Shown here piece by piece: positions 9,565 to 18,886 of a stretch of DNA of 64,000 nt. Below the pieces are notes generated by a model. It searched no databases. It saw only the letters and a list, made by a program, of their open reading frames with translations, and was not told the origin of the DNA. Positions within the stretch are counted from its first letter, which is position 1. Each line of letters opens with the position of its first letter. Origin of the DNA: Nitrospirales bacterium (GTDB lineage: Bacteria > Nitrospirota > Nitrospiria > Nitrospirales > UBA8639); assembly GCA_963422365.1 (NCBI GenBank), contig OY729426.1, positions 1,472,001-1,536,000 of the forward strand, read 5' to 3'. The translations under genes and the position numbers were made by a program.

Positions 9565-10803
9565 ATGGGACGGGATCTTCCGGTGTTGGAGCCCACGCTG
9601 GTACTGCAAGGCAAAGGGCACAGGGAAGTGTTGATCCGCGAAATGGATGCGGGGAAAATACCCTTGAGTCTAGGGAAGAAGTGTCCGGTCGAATGCTCCT
9701 TTTGCTACGAACTCGACCATTCCTACCGCGAAACCCAGGACCCGCCGAAAACCACGCAGGATGATTGGGAGTTTATCGTCAATTATATCAATGCCAAGCC
9801 TACGGACCCCATGCAATATTGGTGTTTGGGTGGCAATGAATATATGGAATGGACCGATCTGTTCCTCCACCCTAAGGCCATGGAATGGGTTGAAGATTTT
9901 CTGAAATACACCGATAAGAACATTCAATTTTTCACGGTGGGGTTTGTTCACGTGCCGAAGATTCATCAGTTGGCGGAACAATACCCTGGGCGGATCAATT
10001 TTGAATTGTCGGTCATTACCCTGAGCCAGTATCGACAACACATGATGCCGCACGCGCCGTCCGTCCGACATCTGATGAAAGTGCTGGACGGCCCTTCAGT
10101 GTCATCGGCCAATTTTTATGCGTTTGACGAACATACCATGTCCAAGGACGCGAAAGAGATTTCGAAAATCAATCATCAATGCGTGTTGTGGATGGGCTGC
10201 CTCACGCCCGTGGGCGGCCTCAAAGAAGAGACGGCCAATCTCATGCGGCAGGGGCGGAAGGCACTGGGCATTGAAGCCGAACGAATTTATGACGCCGGGT
10301 TGCCGAATCTTACCACGATTCATACCGAAGCCTACGTGACGGCTTTTCTCAATCGAAAGCGAATCGTGAGTGCGTTCGATGCCCTGGAATTAGAGAAAAA
10401 AGATACGGTCGTGATGGCCCAAAGCGTTCATAAGATTCTGAACCTGTATCGAAAGAACCGTGCGCGGTTCCTGTTTGTGCCGAATGCGACGCTCGGCGGT
10501 GATTCCGATTGTACCGTGCTGCTGACGTTTGAGGATATTCGCGAACGGCTGACCAATCAGAAGCGATTGCACGTACCCAAATGCGTGATGGAATCCGGAC
10601 GGGGGACGAATATGGATATCAAGGGAGTGACCCTGGGCGAATTTACGAAAAAGACCGGGGTCACGGTCAAGATCCTCCATAAACTCGATACCAAATTCGC
10701 CAATTCACGATTATATCGCAATGGAACCCTGCGAAATTTTGTCGAAGATTACGTTCGGAATCCCTGGGCTGCTCAATATGAAGCCTTACCCTGTCGTGCG
10801 TAA
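9565..10803 (+). CDS. Radical SAM protein with DUF512-like C-terminal region
   Basis: CxxxCxxC 'CPVECSFC'; C-terminal 'NATLGGDSDCTVLLTFEDI...LHVPKCVM...DIKGVTLGEF...GVTVKIL' resembles DUF512 by eye. Confidence 0.7.
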   Translation: MGRDLPVLEPTLVLQGKGHREVLIREMDAGKIPLSLGKKCPVECSFCYELDHSYRETQDPPKTTQDDWEFIVNYINAKPTDPMQYWCLGGNEYMEWTDLFLHPKAMEWVEDFLKYTDKNIQFFTVGFVHVPKIHQLAEQYPGRINFELSVITLSQYRQHMMPHAPSVRHLMKVLDGPSVSSANFYAFDEHTMSKDAKEISKINHQCVLWMGCLTPVGGLKEETANLMRQGRKALGIEAERIYDAGLPNLTTIHTEAYVTAFLNRKRIVSAFDALELEKKDTVVMAQSVHKILNLYRKNRARFLFVPNATLGGDSDCTVLLTFEDIRERLTNQKRLHVPKCVMESGRGTNMDIKGVTLGEFTKKTGVTVKILHKLDTKFANSRLYRNGTLRNFVEDYVRNPWAAQYEALPCRA

Positions 10804-10880
10804 CGTCATGACGGCCTGCATGGTTTCCTGTTCCCTGGTTCGACAAGGTCACCATTGACGTCGCTGCTGATTCCCTTCGT

Positions 10881-11813
10881 ATGACGACTCCTACCAGACA
10901 TCTGCAATTTTACAAGGCAGATGTCTTTGCGGAAGAGCCTTTTGGCGGCAATCCCGTCGCCGTGATTCCCGATGCAACGGATTTAACCGAGCGGGAATTC
11001 CAGCAGATTGCTCGTGAGATGAATCTCTCGGAGACCGTCTTTGTGGTGCCCCCGACGGATCCGGCTGCGATTGACAAACTTCGCATTTTTACCCCCACCC
11101 AAGAAATTCCTTTTGCCGGCCATCCGGTGATCGGCACCTTTTTCGTGCTCAGTTCCTTACAAAGATTTCCCTTGCAAGAACCGGTGACGCGATACCTCTT
11201 CGAATGCAATATCGGACTCTTCCCCGTCGAATTGTATGTGGTCGATGGGCGGGTTGATTGCGTCGTGATGTCCCAGCCGAAGCCACAATTTTTAGAAACG
11301 GTCGATGGCATTCAAGACCTCTACGAAGTCAGTCGGGCCTTAGGGATGAATAAGACCGCTATTGCGGAAACCCATCTGCCTATCGAAGTCGTGTCGACCG
11401 GCTTGCCGGTCGCTATCGTGCCGGTCCGAACCCTGACTGCCGTGAAATCGATTCGAGCCGACCTGACGGGCACGAAGGAAGTCTGCGACAAACTCGGCGC
11501 CAGTGGCATCATGGTGTTTACGATGATCACCGTTGAAGAATGGGCGCATGTACATACGCGCATGTTCGCGGCACCCATTGGGATATGGGAGGATCCGGCC
11601 ACGGGAAGCGCCAGTGGAGCGCTTGGTGCCTATCTCGTCAAAAACGGAGTCGTGGACGTCGGCCCGACCACTGAAGTGCTCATGGAACAAGGATATGAAA
11701 TCGATCGGCCGTCGCGTATTACCGTCCAGGTGTTCTCCGATGATGATGTCATTCAAGAGATCAAGGTGGGAGGACAGGCCGTGATGGTGGCGGAAGGGAA
11801 GCTTCTGTTCTAG
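10881..11813 (+). CDS. PhzF-family (DAP-epimerase fold) isomerase
   Basis: 'DVFAEEPFGGNP', 'MNLSETVF', 'RIFTP..EIPFAGHP', 'EDPATGSA'. Confidence 0.92.
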   Translation: MTTPTRHLQFYKADVFAEEPFGGNPVAVIPDATDLTEREFQQIAREMNLSETVFVVPPTDPAAIDKLRIFTPTQEIPFAGHPVIGTFFVLSSLQRFPLQEPVTRYLFECNIGLFPVELYVVDGRVDCVVMSQPKPQFLETVDGIQDLYEVSRALGMNKTAIAETHLPIEVVSTGLPVAIVPVRTLTAVKSIRADLTGTKEVCDKLGASGIMVFTMITVEEWAHVHTRMFAAPIGIWEDPATGSASGALGAYLVKNGVVDVGPTTEVLMEQGYEIDRPSRITVQVFSDDDVIQEIKVGGQAVMVAEGKLLF

Positions 11814-11830
11814 AGGCGTACCGTCTGTCC

Positions 11831-12328
11831 ATGAAAGCCGTCACCTTTCATCAACACGGCATTCTGGAACAGCTTACGTTTGAAGACGTTCCGCTCCCTA
11901 TCCTCAAAGCCGGGGAAGTCCTGGTACGGGTCAAAGCCTGCGCGCTCAATCATTTGGATATTTGGGTCCGTCAGGGGATACCCAATCTCCCAATTACGCT
12001 TCCGCATATTTCCGGGTGCGACGTGAGTGGCGTGGTTGAACGGATCGTAGAGGGCACGGACGTGCCTTATCCGAGCGGGCAACCCGTTGTCGTTGCTCCG
12101 GGCATCAGTTGTTGGCAATGCGAGTCTTGCCTGGTAGGGAAGGATAATTTCTGCCCGACGTACCATCTCGTGGGTGCCGGGGTTCACGGGGGCTATGCGG
12201 AATACGTCAAGGTCCCCGCGAGAAAGCTTCTGCCGATGCCTCCCGGGTTGACCTTTGAGCAAGCCGCAGCCTACTCCGGCCCTCTCCCACAAGGGGCGAG
12301 GGGGTACGGAAAATTTCCTCTCCCTTGA
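11831..12328 (+). pseudogene. Zinc-binding alcohol dehydrogenase/quinone oxidoreductase, 3' half missing
   Basis: GroES-like domain with 'CWQCESC...C' Zn motif ends at 'TFEQAAA' and runs into a palindromic repeat; no Rossmann domain follows. Confidence 0.8.
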
Positions 12329-12352
12329 TGAGAGAGGATAAAGGTGAGGGTG
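12280..12352. repeat. Palindromic 'ccctctccc...ggg(a/c)gaggg' repeat pair
   Basis: ccctctcccacaaggggcgagggg and cctctcccttgatgagagagg..ggtgagggtg; related degenerate copies at about 27482-27522 and 40554-40646. Confidence 0.65.
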
Positions 12353-12368
12353 ATGAGTCTTGTGGTGA

Positions 12369-12457
12369 GTAGGTTGGATTAGCGTAGCGTAATCCGACAC
12401 GGGCTGGCATCGTCACACCACGAGGCTGTCAGGTTACGCTTCGCTAACCTGACCTAC
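12369..12457. repeat. Inverted pair of GTAG-type REP elements (REPIN-like doublet)
   Basis: gtaggttggattagcgtagcgtaatccgaca vs the reverse complement of tgtcaggttacgcttcgctaacctgacctac (gtaggtcaggttagcgaagcgtaacctgaca). Confidence 0.8.
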
Positions 12458-12500
12458 GAGCAACTGTATGAGGGATTCCCACCGATTTCGCCATCAATCA

Positions 12501-12797
12501 TCATTGGGCAGTCGAAGCCGACGCGTGAAGTCGGAGGCCTAGGGCACGCATGACCTTGAGCACGGTGGCGAATTCCGGGTTGCCGTCTGGTGACAGCGCC
12601 TTGTACAGGCTTTCCCTACCCAAACCGACTTCGGTGGCGACCTTCGTCATCCCCTCGGCTCTTGCAATGTCGCCCAACGCAGCCGCTATAAGTCCAGCGT
12701 CGCCGTCTTCAAAAGCCGCTTCAAGATAGAGAGCCACATCTTTCTTGGTCTCTAGGTAATCCGCCGCGTCCCACGGCCGGGTCTGTCTCTTTGCCAT
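12501..12797 (-). CDS. Addiction-module antidote protein (HI1420-like HTH antitoxin)
   Basis: 'WDAADYL', 'ALGDIARAEGMTKVA...GLGRESLYKALSPDGNPEFATVLKVMRALGL'. Confidence 0.9.
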   Translation of the reverse strand: MAKRQTRPWDAADYLETKKDVALYLEAAFEDGDAGLIAAALGDIARAEGMTKVATEVGLGRESLYKALSPDGNPEFATVLKVMRALGLRLHASASTAQ

Positions 12798-12806
12798 TGT
12801 CGCCTC

Positions 12807-13083
12807 TTATAGGTCGCGCGCCAGATTGCGCGCCTTTTCGATGTCCTGATCCTGGGTACTCTTATCGCCACCAGGTAGCAAAAACGCCCAAAATTGCCCT
12901 CGCTGTAAGAAGTAAACGCGATAGCCAGGCCCAGTCGATGCGAAGCTCCGAGACGCCCTCCCCAACCGTTCGAATGTTTCAGGGGTTGCCCAATGACAGC
13001 CGCCTGATACGCGCCTTTGCCTGTTTGTCCCGAAGCTTCCCGAACCATCGGTCATACACATCGGTTTGGCGAACCTCAAGGAT
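12807..13083 (-). pseudogene. RelE/HigB-like addiction-module killer protein (HI1419-like), disrupted
   Basis: Pieces 'LEVRQTDVYDRWFGKLRDKQAKARIRRLSLGNP*', 'GVSELRID' and 'GPGYRVYF..GGDKSTQDQDIEKA' lie in different frames; TGA at 12979-12981; ATC at the expected start. Confidence 0.85.
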
Positions 13084-13160
13084 TACCAATTGTATTCTAT
13101 AAGATACGAACAGGCAAGTGCTGTCATCAACACATAAGTGGAAGGAACATTGAGGGAACG

Positions 13161-13709
13161 TTATTTGCGCATTTCCCCGACGATGTGGGGAAGTTCAGGA
13201 AGGATCAGCGCCTCCATGGCCAATCGAACCGCTCCACTCGAACCGGGAATCGAGAAAATCACTTTTCCTTGATAAAGCCCGGCCGTGGCACGGCTCAGCA
13301 TCGCGGACGAGCCGATATCCTTGTAGGACAAGGAGCGAAAGATTTCACCAAACCCCATCAATCGCTTTTCCAAGACGCCATCGACAGCTTCAAACGTGGA
13401 GTCACGCTGGGAAATGCCAGTACCTCCATTGATGATCAGGGCTTCGAGCCCAGGAGTCTCTCCTAATTGTTGGACAAGCGTCCGAACTGAAACCGGCTCA
13501 TCTTTCACCACGTGATAGGCGCTGATTCGATGGCCTTCTTGTGTGAGTAACTCTCGAATGAGTTGCCCGCTTGTATCGGTTTCCGGGGTCCGCGTATCGC
13601 TACAGGTAATAATGCCGCACTCAATGGAAACGGGTCCTCGGGCTTTGTGTTCGGCAGGGGGGAGATGATGCCCGGATTCGTGCGTGTGAGGGCCGTCATG
13701 CGCAGACAT
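13161..13709 (-). CDS. moaB: Molybdenum cofactor biosynthesis protein B (MoaB/Mog)
   Basis: 'IITCSDTRT', 'NGGTGISQRDST', 'AMLSRATAG', 'PGSSGAV'. Confidence 0.9.
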   Translation of the reverse strand: MSAHDGPHTHESGHHLPPAEHKARGPVSIECGIITCSDTRTPETDTSGQLIRELLTQEGHRISAYHVVKDEPVSVRTLVQQLGETPGLEALIINGGTGISQRDSTFEAVDGVLEKRLMGFGEIFRSLSYKDIGSSAMLSRATAGLYQGKVIFSIPGSSGAVRLAMEALILPELPHIVGEMRK

Positions 13710-13736
13710 GATGAGAAGAACCTGATTGAAGAATTC

Positions 13737-14063
13737 CTACGTCCAAATTGAATCGGGATTGCATTGAGCAACCGGAGTTCCCTTTTTGATATGTTCATCG
13801 AGGATCAAGGGCACGTGTTCTTCTTTGACTTGGGAGTACCAAATGCCATCCGGGTACACAACCACGGTGGGGCCTTGCTCACAGGGCCCGAGGCAGGAGC
13901 TTCCGGTCACGAGAACTTCTCCCGGTTGAATCCCCCGTTCCATCAGACTCATGTTGAGATTCATTAAAATATTTTGAGAGCCCGCTCCGCCACACGAGGG
14001 TTTAGGGTGGCCTGGCGGTCTGGTGTTGGTACACACGACAATATGATATTTCGGCTTAGGCAT
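13737..14063 (-). CDS. Thioredoxin-like [2Fe-2S] ferredoxin
   Basis: 'VCTNTRPPGHPKPSC' and 'CLGPCEQGPTVVVYPDGIWY'. Confidence 0.9.
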   Translation of the reverse strand: MPKPKYHIVVCTNTRPPGHPKPSCGGAGSQNILMNLNMSLMERGIQPGEVLVTGSSCLGPCEQGPTVVVYPDGIWYSQVKEEHVPLILDEHIKKGTPVAQCNPDSIWT

Positions 14064-14160
14064 GACGACTCCTTTCGGTATTCAGGGCGTATGAAGGTGA
14101 GCAAAATATGATGGATTGAACAACTTGAACAAAGCCATTGACCGTGCGTCGACTCGAGGA

Positions 14161-14607
14161 TTATTGCTGAGGTCGAAACAGTTCCCACATGTCGAGACAT
14201 TCTTCCGGCAATTCCCAGTGCGTGATTCCTTTCCTGACGAAATTCAAGTAGTCATCCTTGACGCGGAATTTACCAATGGGATTGGCCGCATGGGTGATGA
14301 CCAATTTTTTTTGATCGTCTTCCGTCATCACCGTGACTTCAAGGTGCCGGAATGCCCCTTCAGGGACTTCCCCCTCAAAGGCATCAAAGATCTTCAAGTC
14401 TTCCTCAGTGAAGTCAAACACCGCCCCCCACACGCGTTCTCCTAGTGATGGGGTGATGCTGGCTAAGCCACATCGCCATTGTGAGGAAAAGCGCGGGAAG
14501 TGAATAGCGTGGTCCGGAAGATAGCCTTTGAATAAAAACGTGTGTTCAGGGGCTCGCCTTTTCAACTGGGTCGGATGAAGATTATCGGCATAAATAAAGA
14601 CTCGCAT
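14161..14607 (-). CDS. Gamma-glutamylcyclotransferase (AIG2-like) family protein
   Basis: 'FIYADNL', 'VWGAVF', 'FDAFEG' GGCT-like pattern. Confidence 0.7.
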   Translation of the reverse strand: MRVFIYADNLHPTQLKRRAPEHTFLFKGYLPDHAIHFPRFSSQWRCGLASITPSLGERVWGAVFDFTEEDLKIFDAFEGEVPEGAFRHLEVTVMTEDDQKKLVITHAANPIGKFRVKDDYLNFVRKGITHWELPEECLDMWELFRPQQ

Positions 14608-14711
14608 GTGTGACTGGCCTCGTGTCTGCTAGGGGTGTGTTGCTAAACACACCTTTCTATCATAACGGACTCTTTGCTTGTCAAGATCGAGACCGAAGGA
14701 TACGGATTGGG

Positions 14712-15488
14712 TTAGGGACGTTGGCGCAGAAATGCCAAAATTCTGTCCAGCCCCATTCGAAGGAGATTCTCTCCGGTATGGGACGCTTGATTTTCCTTGA
14801 CATGCCTGTCCGCCCAATCCATGGCAATGGGGAGGGGAATCAATTTCGCCGGGCCTTCAGTGATCTTCGCCCACATGAGGCTTAAGACCGTTCCAATGCG
14901 AAACGGTACGGATAAGGCTTGGATGGAATTCTGTGCGATGTCCTGACACAATTCAGCGGGGGACGTCACAAGAAGTTCTCGGCACGCCGCGGGTCGAAAC
15001 TCATAGATGCTGCACATGTCATCTTCTAGAAAGGGACAGGGTAAGCGCTTGGCGTAATAGGCCTGGTTGATGGGCTCCATATCCTCGTCGGACAACTGTG
15101 TGCGGGTTTCGGATAATTGCACAAGCCGGCTAAGAAGTCCGTCCTCATGTAACGTGTTCTGCATAGCCGAAAAGCGCTGACGAATTCGTTCTCGTTGGCA
15201 CGCAGGCAGTTGCTCGACCTTTTCCTTGAGCGCGAATGCCTCTGGAGGAGCAACGGGCACTAGCATCCGGCAACAGGCAGCACATCCTTTGTGACAGGAA
15301 AGCGTCTGCCCTGCCTGTTGATGGTTTTCTTCTTCAAGTTTGAGGGCTTGTTCTCCCAAGGACCGCATCAAGGGGACAATGTCGGACACCGGAATAAAAC
15401 TTGTGGGCACGGCAATCTCGGCGTGGAGTTCGCCGGCGGGAGTGGGGAGAGCAAGGCGAAAGGTGTCGAGAGTGTGCAGCGAATGCAT
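14712..15488 (-). CDS. YkgJ-family cysteine-cluster protein
   Basis: 'CHKGCAACC' and 'CPFLEDDMCSIYEFRPAACR'. Confidence 0.88.
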   Translation of the reverse strand: MHSLHTLDTFRLALPTPAGELHAEIAVPTSFIPVSDIVPLMRSLGEQALKLEEENHQQAGQTLSCHKGCAACCRMLVPVAPPEAFALKEKVEQLPACQRERIRQRFSAMQNTLHEDGLLSRLVQLSETRTQLSDEDMEPINQAYYAKRLPCPFLEDDMCSIYEFRPAACRELLVTSPAELCQDIAQNSIQALSVPFRIGTVLSLMWAKITEGPAKLIPLPIAMDWADRHVKENQASHTGENLLRMGLDRILAFLRQRP

Positions 15489-16790
15489 GGAACCCTTCTC
15501 CGGCAGGGGAGCCGGTCGTGGACGTGGAGATGCTCACCATAGGGCAATGGGCCGGCTGGTCGCAAGGCGGGTGCTGAACGGACTTGCCCTGAGGATGTTC
15601 TGGGACCGCACGGCACTCGTATCCGGATCTGCACGAGCCGATCTCCTAGCCTGTTCGCCCCGACGGGCCGCTGGACGACTGACCGGCGTTCAACCTGTTC
15701 CAGGGGATTCTTGCCTGGCGACGACGGGAGACATTACAAGTCCGATCCTCTCTCTTTCGCTAGAGACCCTGAGGGGCTGCCTGCCCATGCGGGCGTTCTT
15801 CACGGTTCGTCCCGAAGGAGCAGAGGGCTGGCGAACAGGAGGTGCGCGTGGATGTCCATGACCGGAGTTGATCACCAAATTGGCAACGACACCAGTACGA
15901 CCCAAGCATCAGCGTGGTCGGCAATGCGACCAACGGCACGGTCACGATTGCCGCGACGATGCTACCGGTGAGGCTGCCGGGACGAGCCGGGGAAGGCGGC
16001 GGAAGACGAGACGTTCGACTTTGGCCACAAGGATCAGACAAGGGTTGACGTGGACGTGACCACTGCCGATGCCTCCTACTAGGTCACGCTCTGCCTCCCG
16101 CTGAGCACGGCATCATGCTGTACGACGACTTGCGCTGGTAGTGTGCTGACCGACGAGATGACTTCGCTGAACAAGGAAGGGTTCTTTTCCATGATAATGT
16201 TGTTTAACGCTCTCAAGGCTGCAGCCACTGCCTGTCCTTTCTGTCGAGCGTTCGGCTGTCGATACACTTTCGGGTTTTTGCTGGACTTTGTCATGCTTCG
16301 TCATCAGGTTTTGATCAATATTACACCAAGCAAGACTTTTCTTATACGTGATTTTACCGCTCATTATGTAGCTACATGGTCAGGTAATAAAATACGAAAT
16401 GGGGCCAAAGGCCTAGCCAAAAAATCCTGTATAGGCCTTCTTTGTAAAGAGGTGGGTCTTCTTTTTTGTTGCCTTCTTCTATGGTTCGGTCTTATGATAA
16501 GAGGGTCTCTGTTTTGCTCTGGATGACAATTGGGATGCTCTGCTGAATAATAAAGGCCATCGTCGTCCTATCAGGGGAATTGGGGGGCAGGAGGATCATT
16601 GGATTTGCGTAGGTCTTTATTGAGTGGACCCCTCTACGTGAATGTTGCTAAAATCTACCAGAAATACTAGAAAGAGAACGTCAGAAGGATAAGAACAAGG
16701 AATGGTTGAAAATTTTTGTGCAAATTGTTGAGAACCCCCGTGGGCTAAGTTACTAACTTAATAAATACGTATCAAGAAGGAGGGTCTGCG

Positions 16791-17681
16791 ATGAGCCTCG
16801 ATTATGTCAAGTTTACACCAGGCTTTGGAAAGTTCATGCCTAAAGAATATCGGGATATGGTGGAGCATGGTCCATTTGGAAAAAAAACAGCAGTGTCTCA
16901 AGTGGGAACCTTTAAGGAGATTTTAGAAGAACATCCGATGTGTGCAGGATGTGCCATGACCCTCTTTATTCGTTTGGCTATCATTGCTTTTCCAAATCCG
17001 GAAGATACCATCACGGTTGGGACGGCGGGTTGTGGCCGGCTGGCGATCTCGCAAGCAGCCATCCCATTCGTGTATGGCAATTATGGGGATCAGAATGGGG
17101 TCGCCAGTGGATTGACCCGTGGCCTTCGTCTGCGTTTCGGTGATAAACCAAAGGATGTTGTCGTGATGGCGGGGGATGGCGGGATGGCTGATATTGGTTT
17201 TGCCCAAACCTTGCACTCGTGGTTCAGGAAAGAAAAGTTCACCACCATTATGTTGGACAATGAAGTCTATGGGAACACCGGCGGCCAAGAAAGTGGGATG
17301 ACGAACCGGAATCAAGTGTTGAAAATGGCACCACTCGGTAAGAAGTTTGAGAAAATGGATATGTTGGGTATGGCAAAAGTTGCTGGTTGTGCGTATGTGG
17401 CGACGGTGGTCCCCAATAACCCACGGCGAGTCGAGAGTGTGATCAAAAAAGCCGTGTTGGTCGCGAGAGAAATCGGCCCCAGCTACATCCAGGCCTACAC
17501 GTCCTGTAATATCGAATACGCGATTCCAACGGACAAGGTGATGGAAGACGCCAAAACCGTTGAGACCGACCGCTACAAATTTTCGGAATATATTACGGAT
17601 GAAGCCAAGGAGTATTTATCCCAGTTATATGGGTACAAAGAATATCTCCAGAAGCCCGCGGCTGTCGTAGAAAAGCAGTAA
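16791..17681 (+). CDS. forB: 2-oxoglutarate:ferredoxin oxidoreductase beta subunit (five-subunit For type)
   Basis: 'HPMCAGC', 'GTAGC', TPP motif 'GDGG...DNEVYGNTGGQES'. Confidence 0.85.
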   Translation: MSLDYVKFTPGFGKFMPKEYRDMVEHGPFGKKTAVSQVGTFKEILEEHPMCAGCAMTLFIRLAIIAFPNPEDTITVGTAGCGRLAISQAAIPFVYGNYGDQNGVASGLTRGLRLRFGDKPKDVVVMAGDGGMADIGFAQTLHSWFRKEKFTTIMLDNEVYGNTGGQESGMTNRNQVLKMAPLGKKFEKMDMLGMAKVAGCAYVATVVPNNPRRVESVIKKAVLVAREIGPSYIQAYTSCNIEYAIPTDKVMEDAKTVETDRYKFSEYITDEAKEYLSQLYGYKEYLQKPAAVVEKQ

Positions 17682-17742
17682 GTGTTGTCGACTGAAGGAG
17701 AAAGGATTGGTGCGTACGTGACGAAAGAGGAGGGTGAAGATC

Positions 17743-18447
17743 ATGGCGATTCGTTATAACATTCGTATGGCAGGAGTCGGAGGGCAAGGGGTCGTCACGG
17801 CCTCTCATATCTTTAGTACAGGGGTGATTAATGCCGGCGGAGAAAGTACCATTGTGCCTTTTTATGGTTCCGAAAAGCGAATGGCGCCAGTGGAAAGTTA
17901 TGTGCGGGTCTCTGATGAACCGATTTATGAAATCGGCGAAATCACGTTTCCTCATATTATCATGATCTTTCACCCGCAGGTGATTACCCACGGGAAAAGC
18001 TACACGAATCCATTTTACTTCGGATTGAAAAAGGAAGGGATTGCCTTGATCAACCACGATGGGCCCATGAAACTCGAGGCTGACCAGGAGCGTGAACTCG
18101 CCGAACTGAATGCCAAACTGTTCTATTTGCCCGCAACGACACTTTCGCTTGATGTTGCCGGAATTGACTTAGCCACGAATATGGCCATGGTAGGAGCCAT
18201 GGGCGCCATTACGAGCCTTACGGATATGGAAGCCTTGGCGCAAGCGGTGAAAGATCGATTCCTCGGAAAAGGATTTGTGGTGTCTGGAGGAACGGCAGCC
18301 TTAGATAGTGTGGTCGAGAGGAAGTTCAAGAAGAAACAGGAATTGATCGATAAAAACCTGGCAGTGGTCCAAGCGGCTTGGGAATACGCCATAGAACACG
18401 ACTGGGTTCAAGAGAAACGGGCATCCACCACGCCAGCCATGGCGTAA
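17743..18447 (+). CDS. forG: 2-oxoglutarate:ferredoxin oxidoreductase gamma subunit
   Basis: 'GVGGQGVVTA', 'FYGSEKR'; RBS gaggagg. Confidence 0.82.
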   Translation: MAIRYNIRMAGVGGQGVVTASHIFSTGVINAGGESTIVPFYGSEKRMAPVESYVRVSDEPIYEIGEITFPHIIMIFHPQVITHGKSYTNPFYFGLKKEGIALINHDGPMKLEADQERELAELNAKLFYLPATTLSLDVAGIDLATNMAMVGAMGAITSLTDMEALAQAVKDRFLGKGFVVSGGTAALDSVVERKFKKKQELIDKNLAVVQAAWEYAIEHDWVQEKRASTTPAMA

Positions 18448-18473
18448 TGCTTTAACCGACGAGAGAGGCCTGT

Positions 18474-18803
18474 ATGTATTTAGTTGCGAATATCGATACC
18501 GAAATTTGTGCAGCCACAAGTTGCAAGTTGTGTACGCAATATTGTCCTGAGGCCAATACCATCTTATATGACAATGCGGCTGGTGAGGATAAAGGGTTCA
18601 AATATGGAGCCGCCTATGTTGCCGTGGACCGCTGCAAGGGATGTGCGCAGTGCGTCTGGGTTTGTGACAACATGGCCAAGCACAATGCCATAAAAATGGA
18701 AATGATTGATCAAATTGGTGACACAGCCCTGACGGAGAATGTGACCTATGGTGAAAAAACCAGCCATGCGCTCTTAGCCAATCCCGTTCGGGGGCAAATG
18801 TGA
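18474..18803 (+). CDS. forE: OGOR epsilon subunit (ferredoxin-like)
   Basis: 'CAATSCKLCTQYCP' and 'CKGCAQCVWVC'. Confidence 0.8.
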   Translation: MYLVANIDTEICAATSCKLCTQYCPEANTILYDNAAGEDKGFKYGAAYVAVDRCKGCAQCVWVCDNMAKHNAIKMEMIDQIGDTALTENVTYGEKTSHALLANPVRGQM

Positions 18804-18886
18804 GGGATTGTGTCTGAGGTCACAAGGACAGTATTCGTCTCAACCACAGAAAAACCGAGTGACTAAAAACGGAGTGGAGGCCATAA

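Noticed and set aside
10881..11813. Phenazine biosynthesis
   Set aside because: Only a PhzF-family gene is present; no phzA/B, D, E or G in the window
4404..12328. RiPP precursor peptide for the radical SAM cluster
   Set aside because: No short ORF with a Nif11/NHLP leader, double-glycine site or repetitive core found nearby
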